A DNA stretch of 63,978 bases, the filler included, from Licmophora abbreviata (taxonomy: Eukaryota), in the NCBI GenBank assembly GCA_900291995.1. It is 10 parts of 10 records of this genome, joined end to end, with 100 filler letters (N's around TTAATTAATTAA, not from the genome) between each part and the next. Parts side by side here need not be neighbours in the genome. Positions count along the whole stretch, not along the records: positions 45,877 to 47,738 come from OLMU01005265.1; positions 47,839 to 51,867 come from OLMU01005266.1; positions 51,968 to 58,881 come from OLMU01005267.1; 7 more parts are not named here. One strand, given 5' to 3'. Position 1 is the stretch's first letter. Every line of letters starts with the position of its first letter. Shown here in pieces: positions 46,303 through 57,836 of the stretch. A program made the position numbers and the translations under genes. The notes under the pieces are model-generated. The model had not been told where the DNA came from, ran no database searches, and worked only from the letters and a program-made list of their open reading frames with translations.

Positions 46303-46698
46303 TCACTGGCGCCAAAGCCACTGGATTCGTTTGTAATAACTCACGTAATGTAAGATCGCTCCTCCCGCGAACAAAACACCTATCGGCATGTTCCATGCAT
46401 GTAGGGCGTACCCACCGAAACCCAGAATTCCAAGCTCCAGAGCCAATCGTGTCATACCGCTGACGACAACAGGAGCTCCACCACCACGCGAGGGATCATT
46501 CGGGACGTTGAATACTACCCATGCACACGTGGATAGTAGAGGAAGGCCTATTCCAAGGACTGGTTTTGACCATGTTGTTTGAAACGCCGTCCAGCCAAAC
46601 TGTCCGATTCCGATTAAACTGGCGAGTTCCAGACTGAACCTCAAGGCGCCATTCCAGATCGACATCGCGGGAGGCTCCTCTCCACCACCTGAATCCAT
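46303..46698 (-). CDS. YrdB/DUF2568-like small membrane protein
   Basis: LRFSLELASL..GW, GIGLPLL..AWVVFNVP.DPSR.G.APV and RLALELGILG match the bacterial YrdB pattern; intronless. Confidence 0.75.
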   Translation of the reverse strand: MDSGGGEEPPAMSIWNGALRFSLELASLIGIGQFGWTAFQTTWSKPVLGIGLPLLSTCAWVVFNVPNDPSRGGGAPVVVSGMTRLALELGILGFGGYALHAWNMPIGVLFAGGAILHYVSYYKRIQWLWRQ

Positions 46699-47443
46699 GC
46701 TGGTTTTTCGGGGATAGCGACTGAACGCAGCTGTTTTGCTTCTCTCGTGGAGTCTTTCTGAGACGAGATGCGGTCGTTGTGTTGTTCGATGCGGCCGAAT
46801 TCTGCGGGTGTCTCGATAAGCTGCAACTGACCTTGTGTGGAGTCGGTCGAAGATATCCCCGGTCGTTGAATCTAACAGAAGCGGGTGTGCAGCAAGGGTG
46901 GCTCTGCTGCCGCAATGTAAGAAACCTACCAAGCTTCTCGCGACAGCTTTCTTCCCACGACGGCGCATCCTAATCCATATCGTACAACAACTTTTTTTAA
47001 CGCTGTGTACAGGTGCCGTGTCGATGATGACTTGTCGATCGAAATAATGTTGACAAGAACGGCGGCGAAAGCGACTTCCAACCGACTTGACTCACTCGAC
47101 TCGGTGCCGTCGAACGCATCTTGTGAATTTGTGATGATGTTGTGAAAAAATTGAACACACTGAAGGTGACCTGACATCGAACATCGCACGCCGCCGCTGG
47201 AGCGTGGTTAAAGTCTTACTTTCTGTCTGATGCAGTCTACGCACCTGATGATGCGCTCAAGTCAGATTCTGGATAAACTGGAGTTCAAGAGTAGCAGCAG
47301 AATCCAGGAACGCGTACGATATATGATACTTCAACCCTATCATTGTAGAATATCGTTCAAACTCAACTCAAAGATAAAACAAGTTTCTACATCGGGCTTC
47401 CTAAATGACTAACGGTTTGAACATGGGATTGCAACCCTCATCA

Positions 47444-48981
47444 TCAGGCGAAGAACGTAAACCAACCAAGGATCAACGTGGGGATCAACGCAAGACTGTT
47501 GGCAGCGGCACCAGACGAGGGAGACGATCCAGGGTTCGGGAAGAGTGGATCTGAGGAAGTCGGCGGCGCCGGTTCGCTGACAGGAGGCTGCTGGGTTGGC
47601 GGCGTCTGTGTCGGGAAAGGCGTTGGGAGCGGATTCGGTGCGGTGACAGGAGCCTGTGTCGGGAAAGGCGTCGGGAACGGAGTAGGCCTGGGCGTCGGGA
47701 ACGGAGTAGGTGCGGTGACAGGAGCCTGTGTCGGGAAANNNNNNNNNNNNNNNNNNNNNNNNNNNNNNNNNNNNNNNNNNNNTTAATTAATTAANNNNNN
47801 NNNNNNNNNNNNNNNNNNNNNNNNNNNNNNNNNNNNNNGGGCGTCGGGAACGGAGTAGGCCTGGGCGTCGGAGGCGGACCGGGCGGGTCCGCGGTGAAGC
47901 AGTTACCTCCACAGTCGATGTTGGCACACTCTCCCTGCGCCACGTTGGAGCATTCCCAGGCGACGCTCGAGCTGCAGACGGTACAGCTGCTGCAGATCGG
48001 ATCCCCACTTGTGAGGGTGTCAGGGCTGTCTGTTACAACAACATCACAACCTAGGCAGTCAAGAGTCGTCGTCGCTGAGCTGGGACAGTAGAAGACCATT
48101 ACAAATCCGTCCCCGGGGACGTCGTCTAGAAAACACACAAGATCGGTACCGGGTGGTCCATCGGTGGACTGGAAGCACTCGGCTGTGTTGCCACTAGGTG
48201 TAGGTGCAGGCGCCGTTGTCGGACGCGGTGTAGGTGCAGGGGCCGTTGTCGGACGCGGTGTCGGTGGAGGTGGCTGCGGACTTCCGGTACAACCCGAACA
48301 CGAAGCTCTGGCACAATCTCCTGTGGCAATGTTTGAGCAGTCATACGCAATCGAGCTGCTGCAGACGGTACAGGAGTTACACTGTGGATCGTTGCTGCTG
48401 AACGAGGCGATGCTATCACTCGCGACAACAATACAGCCTCCGCACTGAAGAACGCTGGTGGCGCTTTCAGGGCAGGCAAAGAAGATGGTGACAAACCCGG
48501 GGCCTGGCACGTCGTCGACGGCACAGGCAATACTTCCATCGTCAAGCCTGAAGCACTCTGCTTGGAGACGGCGGCTGTGGTCATTGTCGACTGGACCGAG
48601 GAGGGCCTTGAGATCGACGGGTCCGGCGATGTTGGCAAGGAAGCCCTTGTCCCACTTGTATGCAGTCTTGCGGCGTCCACGAACACCTCCGCCATCTTCC
48701 GACTCGTCTGGGTGGAGCGCGTTCTCCAGAGCTGCGATCACCTCGGGATCGGTTTCCTTTGTGAGGAGGCCGGCTCCAGTCTGCTTGGCAGACACCCTGA
48801 GACTGGTAAGGTCGGTGGCGTTCCCAATGGCGAAGCCACCCGTAACAGAGAGATGCGTGCCCTTGAGACTGATGGTGCCGACAGGAGAAGTAATCGGGAT
48901 GGCTCCCAGGTCAGGCGCGGTCATCTCAACGGCCGAAGTGACACTGAGAGAGGCAAGAAGGACAGTGAAGGTGCGCATCAT
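47444..48981 (-). CDS. Secreted, probably GPI-anchored acidic Cys-rich protein with two 12-Cys domains and a Pro/Thr stalk (paralog B); spans the gap at 47739-47838
   Basis: Signal peptide MMRTFTVLLASLSVTSA, RRLQAEC and two 12-Cys repeats. PTPRPTPFPT repeats occur on both sides of the gap. The C-terminus PSSGAAANSLALIPTLILGWFTFFA* was read by hand, with the stop at 47444. Confidence 0.85.
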
Positions 48982-49695
48982 GGCAAAGGTGTTGTCTGAA
49001 TGTGTGAGATGCAATCTAACCTTGCAAATATTGTGTGAACCTACCCATGGCCCCGCACATAGCAACAAGACTAGAGCGCCATTCCGCGAACCACAAGAGT
49101 CTTGGGTGGATCTTGCCAAGATCAAAGATCACGGATACCAGTATGACTCACTCGACTCGACTCACTCACTTATTCCAAGCACGACTGGGCCAGCCTGACT
49201 CGAACTAGTCGGACGGTGCCTTCGAGGCAAAGAAGCCTGTCACCACAAAGGCCTGAACCTGAGTTGCTCGCCCTCGTTGCGGCCAAGAACAAAAGTGAGT
49301 TGCTAGTGTTCGTACTGCATAAACACACTTTGGGGGTTTAGCGCCAAGTTCAAAGTGCTGGTGAAGTGTATTCCTCTTTTACAGAACTATGTGTGCCCTG
49401 CGACCGTCCTCCCCCCGTCATGCTTCCGTTTCGGCGTGCCCGGCGGTCGAGCTGGTCGGGTTGGCGCCCGTGCGCGCTCTCTTATACTGGGTAGTGCTGT
49501 AGCGTCCTCCAGTGTTGAAGGTTCGATACTATACGACGTTTGAACGTGTCCGTTGTGATGTTGTGATGACCTGCGAAGACGACGAGCACTGCAGCCAGGA
49601 CTGCAACGCTTGATGATAGGCTGCCGTAGTCTAGCAAACCTGCCCCCCGTTTGTACCACTGCCCCCCGTTAAACTTGATCCAGCCCCCAGAAACG

Positions 49696-51738
49696 ATGAG
49701 CACACATCACGTGCGCGTAATTGCCCGGATCCGGCCCCTGTCCTCTACGGAACAGCAGAAGGGGTCGCAAGAAGCGGTGACTTCGATAAAGGAAAGCGGC
49801 GTGGGAAAGCATCACTCATCGAGGGAGCCGGAACTGGTCGAGACGAAAGGAAACGTCAAGCGATGGTTCGAGCTAGACGCCGTCTTGGACAAGAAAAGTA
49901 CGCAGCGAGAAGTCTACGAGCGGTCGGGGGCGTGCCAGGCGGTTTGCGAGGATATTTTTCAGGGTTTCAACGCCACCTTCTTGGCGTACGGACAAACTGG
50001 TAGTGGAAAGACTTACTCTATGGGAACTGCGGCGCGCGCCTCTGCTACTGACTCAGAGCTTTCGGAAGAAGATGGTATGATCCCAAGGGCATGTGTTGAC
50101 TTGTTTCGGAACGTTCAGGAGAAATGCGATGGCAATGCACGGGTCGAACTCTCTTATCTGGAAATTTACAATGAAGAGGTTAGAGATCTGCTGTCTCCCG
50201 ACGCAAGCGCCGACCTCAAGATACGAGAAACATTCACTGGTGAAGTATACGTGTCAGGTCTAACGGCAAGACAAGTGTCATCTCCGGCTGAGGTGGGAGA
50301 ACTCATGGAGCGGGCATCGAACAAACGAGTCGTCGCTTCAACAGCGATGAATGCGGTGTCGAGTCGATCTCATGCGATCTGCACCCTTCGTGTATCCGGA
50401 GTCGTTGAAACCCCTGAAAAGGAGGCACCGGAAAAGTTTACCTCCAAATTGACATTGGTTGACCTCGCTGGTTCCGAGCGAATCAAGAAGACCGGAGCTC
50501 AAGGGAGTCGGAGGCAGGAAGGCATTTCGATCAACAAAGGTCTTTTCGTACTCGGTCAGTGCGTCTCTGCCTTGGCCGAGTCGAAAACAAAGGGGCCTTC
50601 GCGGAAGCCTCCGTATCGCGAATCCAAGCTCACACGATTGCTTCAAGATTCATTAGGCGGAAACTCCCGTACCATCATGGTGGCTTGCGTGTCGCCGGCT
50701 GACTTTAACATTGACGAGTCGATCAACACACTACGATATGCGACCAGCGCGAGAAAGATCAAATCCAAGGCTACTCGCAACATTGTCCAGAACATCAGCC
50801 CCGAAGAGGCTGCCGCATTGCGTCGCGAGAACCAGCTTTTGAGGAATGAGGTGACGGAGCTGCAAGCGGCAGCGAACAGACTTCAGCGTACCATGTCAGG
50901 CTCGTCGATATCCCCGTCTGACTCTGGAGATGAACTGGAGATCGTTAGGCAGATCAGTGAAGACCAGAGTGAAGTAGGAGCAGCCGTAGATGACGAAGTG
51001 GCTTCGTTGAAAAAACAATTAAAACGTGCGCAAGCAACGATACAGGACTCTCAAGACTCCGCTATGCAGTTGCCCGCAATGAAAGTTGAGATGGAACTTC
51101 TTCGAGAAAAGGCAAAGCGAGTTCAACAACTAGAAGAGGAGAATCTTCAGTTGCGACAAGAACTTGACGAGGCTCACGCGGATGGAGATGCAGCACGCAA
51201 CGCAGCCGCCAAACTTTCGGATATTTTGGACCACCTCAAAGAACTACGGCGCAACGAAATCGATGAAAAGAAGCAAGACTTAAAATACTTGAAGAAAGAC
51301 GAAGCCTGGGTACTTTTCATGGACTCGCTGCTGGAGGGACGGGCCGAGCAACTCCGCCGGCTCGCAACAGATTTTGATCTCTTTAAGGGTGTCGTCGACA
51401 ATAGAGCCTCTTCACCCCCGGAATCGCGAGAGGGTCGAAGCTGGTGGGGCAGACAAAGTGAATTGGATCCAGAGTTGCGAGATCGCGTGATTCAGGAACA
51501 CACAGAGTACTTTCATACACGAATGGTAGAGCTTCAGGACGACGTCAAGGAAGAGTCCCAGTCATTGCAACAAATGATAGAGTCAATTCAACAAGCATCC
51601 ATCTCTTTGCAGGAAGAAATCGGCAACGACGAGATGAAGGAAGAGCGAGAGGATAGAGCCGATATGCTTGTCAGGCTGAAACAAGTCTGGGCTTCGACGC
51701 GATCTCCTCTCAAGGGCATACATTTTGGTCACACCTGA
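49696..51738 (+). CDS. Kinesin (N-terminal motor, kinesin-4/KIF21-like) with coiled-coil tail
   Basis: VRVIARIRP, AYGQTGSGKT, YLEIYNEE, SSRSH, LVDLAGSER and KLTRLLQDSLGGNSRT. Confidence 0.95.
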   Translation: MSTHHVRVIARIRPLSSTEQQKGSQEAVTSIKESGVGKHHSSREPELVETKGNVKRWFELDAVLDKKSTQREVYERSGACQAVCEDIFQGFNATFLAYGQTGSGKTYSMGTAARASATDSELSEEDGMIPRACVDLFRNVQEKCDGNARVELSYLEIYNEEVRDLLSPDASADLKIRETFTGEVYVSGLTARQVSSPAEVGELMERASNKRVVASTAMNAVSSRSHAICTLRVSGVVETPEKEAPEKFTSKLTLVDLAGSERIKKTGAQGSRRQEGISINKGLFVLGQCVSALAESKTKGPSRKPPYRESKLTRLLQDSLGGNSRTIMVACVSPADFNIDESINTLRYATSARKIKSKATRNIVQNISPEEAAALRRENQLLRNEVTELQAAANRLQRTMSGSSISPSDSGDELEIVRQISEDQSEVGAAVDDEVASLKKQLKRAQATIQDSQDSAMQLPAMKVEMELLREKAKRVQQLEEENLQLRQELDEAHADGDAARNAAAKLSDILDHLKELRRNEIDEKKQDLKYLKKDEAWVLFMDSLLEGRAEQLRRLATDFDLFKGVVDNRASSPPESREGRSWWGRQSELDPELRDRVIQEHTEYFHTRMVELQDDVKEESQSLQQMIESIQQASISLQEEIGNDEMKEEREDRADMLVRLKQVWASTRSPLKGIHFGHT

Positions 51739-52106
51739 GCGCAGACGAGGCTAGCGAAACCTAATGCATGGAGAAGACGTAGCCGAGGAACCTATGAGTT
51801 GCTGTATCATATCATAGCAGGAATCTGTCGACCTGACTCTAGCCTTCCGTTAAGCGTTTACGTCCTANNNNNNNNNNNNNNNNNNNNNNNNNNNNNNNNN
51901 NNNNNNNNNNNTTAATTAATTAANNNNNNNNNNNNNNNNNNNNNNNNNNNNNNNNNNNNNNNNNNNNCCCCCCTCTCGTGGGAACGAAGCTTCAAGTTGA
52001 GGCCCGAGCCTGATTCTGAAGTCGAGTGAGTCGATTCCGACTGACTCGACTACGAGTACAGTGAAATTCACTGCAACCTCCAATGATATCATACGTACGT
52101 ACCACC

Positions 52107-53058
52107 ATGGCGCACTTGACCGAGGTTTTTGAGGGCGATCTCATCGATTGTTTTCTACAATGGCTGTTGAAATCGACTACAGCCTTTATTGAACACGAGA
52201 ATCTGAACTTGCCCTGGTATTTCGGGCTTTTTTGTTGGAATTATGCTCTCGCGGGCGTCGTCTTGTTGAACTGCCGACCCACGTGGATCGGTCGCACGGA
52301 TTTCCCTTACACGGCTTTCGCTTGGGTTTTGATACTTATGCAAGGTAGGTAGAGGAAGAATAGGGTGTTTCAGGACCTGTGGTTGGTTGCGTTTGTAATG
52401 CGAGACTGGCGCATTGTCTGTGACCGGCGACAATGAAGTCGATTTTGTTGACTCATCAAAATCAAATTATCATTTCGTACACACAGCGCCACTGTCGTTT
52501 TATGCCGACTATCTTTACATGGACCAAGACAGCATACTCCACGTGCTCGATCGCTGTTTGGCCATCCCTTGTTTTGTATTGGAACTGAGCAAGATTTCCC
52601 TAGTGTGGCGACATGGGCGGGCGGCACCGACTGCAATAGGCAACACACTGTTGGTCTTTTTGGCAACCGGAGCATTTGTCATGTCTCAACGCGCACAGAG
52701 TACCGAAGACCGTGAGGCTTTCATTCTGTGGCACAACCTTTGGCACCTTTAGTAAGTTCGAGCGATTGTCATGTGATTCGTCGTTGCAGTGTTTTGGGGC
52801 GCTAGCTACCAATTGTAACCGAGCCAGCCCTAACCACGCTCTTTCATTTATTATATGTACAGCCCCCTCTTGACTGCAATCTTGACCATCTACGACTTTG
52901 CAATATTGGGTCGTTTCGAACAGCCACCCCTTCCGTCCGAGGCTAGTAGCACGTCGTTGCCGGTACTACTGTCGTCGTTGCTCATGATGGAAAGCACCCG
53001 GCGTGAGCACCACTCCGGCAAGGCGAATGCCAAGGCCTCGAAGAAGAAAGTTGTGTAG
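52107..53058 (+). CDS. Hypothetical multi-pass membrane protein. Exons 52107-52344, 52487-52751, 52863-53058
   Basis: Three ORF pieces join in frame via GT-AG introns: ..LILMQ/APLSFYADY..DR..FILWHNLWHL/YPLL..; several TM segments. Confidence 0.7.
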
Positions 53059-53586
53059 TCGTGTGCGAGAGGGACGCATAGTATGCATGTCGCGGAGTAT
53101 ATGCACACAGGAATAGAGGAGTAGAATATGGGGTCGGCAAGCAAGAGGGTGTCGCCTCGAAAGTTTTGGAGACCATCGATTTTGAACAATAGATAGATCG
53201 GTTGACATTGACATACATAGAGCCATCCCGCTTCTCACCAGTCCGTGCGTTCGTTTCCTTCAGATTTATGGGGTTTAGGTTAGTCTTGATTGCATGATCA
53301 CCATCGATCGGTCCGAATTGAAGCTCGTCGCCAAGAGCTTTTGCACGGCGAATGCGTTCAAACTTTCTTGGGCGCGCCAAAAAGGGCGAGCGGGCCAGCG
53401 CGCACTGTGCGCCACTGAGGCACCTTTCAAACTGCGGCGCGAATTTCAAGTTCCAAATTTCAGTTTACAGATTTCACCTCACTAATCACCGCATTGCTGT
53501 TGTTGTCCAATCAGCGCAGCATTCGCTCTCTTTTCAGCTTGTTTGCTTGTCCACTCGTTCCCCAAACAAGCTCTTTCTCCTGCCCA

Positions 53587-55497
53587 ATGAAGTACCTTGT
53601 GGTTTCCGGCGGAGTGGTGAGCGGCCTTGGAAAAGGCGTGACCATCTCGAGCATGGGCCGCCTGCTCCAAGCGTGTGGCTACAAGGTGACGGCCATCAAG
53701 ATTGATCCTTATCTCAACGTTGATGCTGGAACCATGAGCCCATTCGAACATGGTGAGGTAAGAAAAAAGGATGCGAAATCTGTGGGTAGCGGGATTTACG
53801 GAGAGTCGATTGCGAGACACACCATGAGCTTACTTTTCCATCCCCGCTACACACCGCCACCATCAGGTCTTTGTCCTGAACGACGGGGGCGAATCGGATC
53901 TCGATCTTGGCAACTACGAGCGCTTTCTCAACATTCAACTCAGTAGCGAACACAACATTACGACTGGGAAGGTCTATCGCAACGTGATTCTTCGCGAACG
54001 TCGAGGTGACTATCTGGGCAAGACCGTCCAAGTAGTGCCTCATCTGACCAATGAAATTCAAGACTGGATTGAGCGTGTGGCAAAGATTCCCGTCACTGCG
54101 GACGGTGCAACGGCTGATATCTGTCTCATTGAAGTCGGAGGTACCGTCGGCGATATTGAGAGCAGCGTGTTTTTCGAAGCACTCCGTCAGTTTCAGTTTC
54201 GCGTCGGACACGATAACTTCTTTCTCTGCTTTGTCAGTCTAGTTCCCGTCTTGAGCGACGAACAAAAGACAAAGCCGACGCAGCATGGTGTCAAGGATCT
54301 GCGGAGTTTGGGATTGTCGCCGCAGCTCATCTTTTGTCGGTCCACCCAGCCGCTCGAAGATGCCACGAAGCAGAAGATATCCAACTTTTGTCATGTTCCA
54401 CCAGGCAATGTCATTAGCGTCCACGATGTCGATAACATTTATCAAGTCCCCATGCTGTTGCAGCAACAGGCTTTGCATGAAATTTTACAAAAGTGGTTCC
54501 ACTTTGAGCCCAAGACACCAGAGTTGGGAGATTGGACTAAAATGGCCGAGTCGCTGGAGTCGTTTCCGCATACCGTCAAGATTGCATTGATTGGCAAATA
54601 CACGGGACTTGCCGATTCGTACCTCAGTGTCATCAAATCGCTCAAACACGCTACTATCGCTTGTGAGCACCAGTTGGACTTGCTGTGGGTCGAAGCGACC
54701 TGTTTGGAAAAATTGGACGAGGACGGCAATGACAAATCGAATACAGAAGAGTACAAGGAGGCATGGAGCAAGGTAGAAGAGGCCGACGGCGTCGTGGTTC
54801 CAGGGGGATTTGGAAATCGGTGAGTTTGATGTAATTGAGATGATGACATAACTCTATCAGTGCATGCGAAACTCACGAATTCTGTTGTCACGACCCGATC
54901 GAACCATACCCATGTAGCGGCTTCCTCGGAAAGGTGCTGGCAGCTGAGCACTGTCGTGTCAATGGAAAGCCTTTTCTGGGTATCTGCCTTGGCTTTCAAG
55001 CCATGGTGGTGGAGTATTCGCGCAACATTCTGGGATGGACGGGCGCCAACTCGACGGAATTCAATGAGGATTCGCCACACCCCGTTGTTATTTTCATGCC
55101 AGAGATCGACAAAGAAACCATGGGAGGAACCATGCGTCTGGGATCGCGCATCACTAAGTTCACGCATCGGCACGTGGATGGAACCATGTCGACTGCTCAG
55201 ATCATGTACGACTGCAAACCAGAAGTGAGCGAACGACACCGTCATCGATACGAAGTGAATCCAGAGAAAGTGGAGGCAATTCACGAGGCCGGACTGATCT
55301 TTGTAGGACGGGACGAGACGGGCACGCGGATGGAAGTTGCAGAGCTACCGCGCACTCAACACCCATACTATGTGGGCTGCCAGTACCATCCGGAGTTCCA
55401 GAGTCGTCCACTGAAGCCAAGTCCTCCATTTCACGGACTTATTCTTGCGGCGTGCGGCGCCTTGGGACAGCATTTGGATGCAGCGGAAAAGGCCTGA
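53587..55497 (+). CDS. CTPS: CTP synthase. Exons 53587-53757, 53867-54819, 54918-55497
   Basis: [70 protein letters not shown] and QYHPEF; introns are in frame. Confidence 0.97.
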
Positions 55498-55677
55498 GGG
55501 TGATCGGAGAGGATAGAATGACGACAATACTGTATGTAGTTTGGGGCTAAGAGCTATGTTGTCGGTGGAGATTGCTCGTCAAAGACATGCGCTTACTTGT
55601 CTGGACCTGGTCTACTACTGTAGTGAAAGCGTAGCCATAACCGGTACTATCCTATTTCTGGACAGTGATTAAGCAGA

Positions 55678-57273
55678 TTATTCATCCTCTCGTACCAGAA
55701 GGGACTCACGGAGCTGCTCATCTACACAGTCTTCGGCCGCATCGTCCTTCTCTTCCGCCACTTCGGACTCGACAAATGGGCGGATCGGCAAAAGCATAAT
55801 GCCACCGAAGAGCTGCATGGCAGCGGTAATCGAGAATGTGAAGCGATACGAGCGCTCGTCCGCCAAGATACCCCCGGCCAAGGCGGACCCAGTCCAACCG
55901 AATGCAGCAATACTCTCAAGGCTCTTCCATCGCGCTCTCTGATTCGAGGGGACATTGTCCATTAAGATACTTTCGAGCAGCGGATACGTCGAGTTCATAA
56001 TACCAGTACGAAGCAGGTAGACGACGACAATGAGGCCTCGATTAGAATCACTGAGATTCTCTTCATCTTGACTCAGCCACGTCATATAAAAAAGCAGACT
56101 GGTCCCCATAATGTCAAATAGTATCGTCGTCTCTACCCGTCCCAGTTTCAAACTTACTCGTTGCGCGACGAAAGACAACCATGCAATGCTCACGGGAACC
56201 GCCAGAAAGATGGCTTGGACCGCGACATTGCTCAAGCCAAGCTCCTTGAAAAATAAAGGAAAGTACTTGACACTTGCCCCCGAGCCAAGTGAAACTACAA
56301 GAGACGATAAAAACAACACGTACGGAATGGCCTTCTTCCCGAAAGAGTCTGATCGACTTGCTGTTTCATGTAGAGCCTGAGCTTGAGACTCCTCCGCCTG
56401 CTCTAGCTCGTCGACCAAGCCACCCTCTTCTTGTCGTCCTTCAGGCTCATCTTCTTCTGTGACAGCGTGCTTATCACTGAAAAAGAACATGATCACTGCT
56501 ACCGGAATTTCCAACAAAACGCCCACGCAAAAGACGGGGTAGATTTGATGCAGCGACCAGTCTTCGGCATTGTTTGAGAGCGTCAAGAGCAGCACAATAC
56601 TTACAATAGGTCCAACGGCGGATGAAACGAGATAAATGGAATACACCCACGTCAAAAGCTCTGATCGCCTTCCCTTCCGGACACTATCGGCAAAGAGTGC
56701 TTGGCAGGGTCCACTAGTGACGCCGCTCACAATACCCCAGAGCCCCAATGCCACCACGATGAGGATATAAGACCGCATGGCTAGCTCGGTAGACTCACTG
56801 GCATGTTTCTCAGCGCTCTGCAAGGCCCATATTGTGATTGCAATGGTCACCAGTGTCAAACATCCCCCGTAGGCCACAATTCGACTCTTGCCATAGACAT
56901 CGGCAAAGTACCCAACCGGCAGGGCAGAGAACAATTGCGTCATACCTTGAACGGCTTCAGCAGCACCCACTAGGGTATTGTCCTCTTGAGACTTCCCCAT
57001 GGCCTTGCCGAGAGCAAAGAGAAATCCCGACAGTACCACAGCACCCCATATACTATCGGCCACTCCCTCGACGGCTACCAACAAGAAAGTCAGGCGGACA
57101 TTGAGGTTCTTCCAAGGGTCGTTACCATGCACGGCACCGCTTTGTTCTGGAGTTTGTCGCCGTAGCGAGTCATCTTCGTTCTCTAAGCGTTCGTCAAGGG
57201 AGGGAACAGTGCCAGAAGAAGGCTGGTGAAGAAGCGGCTCTTGGAGCGACGACGACGAAGGATCGAGAGACAT
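55678..57273 (-). CDS. MFS transporter (12 TM)
   Basis: Two bundles of six hydrophobic helices, a GYFADVYGKSR motif A and acidic dileucine-like motifs (QEPLL, ESLL). Confidence 0.85.
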   Translation of the reverse strand: MSLDPSSSSLQEPLLHQPSSGTVPSLDERLENEDDSLRRQTPEQSGAVHGNDPWKNLNVRLTFLLVAVEGVADSIWGAVVLSGFLFALGKAMGKSQEDNTLVGAAEAVQGMTQLFSALPVGYFADVYGKSRIVAYGGCLTLVTIAITIWALQSAEKHASESTELAMRSYILIVVALGLWGIVSGVTSGPCQALFADSVRKGRRSELLTWVYSIYLVSSAVGPIVSIVLLLTLSNNAEDWSLHQIYPVFCVGVLLEIPVAVIMFFFSDKHAVTEEDEPEGRQEEGGLVDELEQAEESQAQALHETASRSDSFGKKAIPYVLFLSSLVVSLGSGASVKYFPLFFKELGLSNVAVQAIFLAVPVSIAWLSFVAQRVSLKLGRVETTILFDIMGTSLLFYMTWLSQDEENLSDSNRGLIVVVYLLRTGIMNSTYPLLESILMDNVPSNQRARWKSLESIAAFGWTGSALAGGILADERSYRFTFSITAAMQLFGGIMLLPIRPFVESEVAEEKDDAAEDCVDEQLRESLLVREDE

Positions 57274-57836
57274 CGTTAAAATCGAGTTTCAGAAACGCAA
57301 ATCTGGGTCGACCAACCAGTGGGGTTAGGTTGGCAAGATCAAGTAGTCAACCAATAACAGCTCGGGATAATAGGGGTGGAAAGGCTTTCACAGCAGCAAC
57401 GTGACCGCACCATCAGTTTGGCAGCGGCAAAAGTACGAAGTGCGAAGAAGTCTTGAATTCTGAATTTGGAATGAGTCATGAGTGGGAGCCTGCTCGTGAC
57501 CGACTCCACTCTGATTGACTGACTCGACTCACTCTATCTGTACCGTTAGGATCCGACTCACTCGACTGGCTCTACTTTGCTTCGGATGATGATCGCGCTA
57601 TCCCGCTTAGAAACGATCGTCATAGCCACCACGGGGCGACAAAACCAACAAGTAACATGCCTCTTGCCGGATACATCAGTAAACTAGTCGGAAGTGGCCC
57701 GAATCCAGCCCTACCGTACCTCTCTAGATACCGTACCTCTCTAGAAGTATCAAGTACAAACTCATGGTACCGAAATAAAAATGCTCAGCAGGCCTCACTA
57801 GCTAGCTTAAAGCTCGAGGTACACATTTACGGTAGC

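Noticed and set aside
47560..47880. Short direct repeats as a CRISPR-like array
   Set aside because: They encode the PTPFPT/QAPVTA Pro-Thr stalk of paralog B. There are no unique spacers or cas genes, and the context is eukaryotic.
53265..53284. Telomere-like GGGGTTTAGGTTAG
   Set aside because: Only about two degenerate units; consistent with chance.
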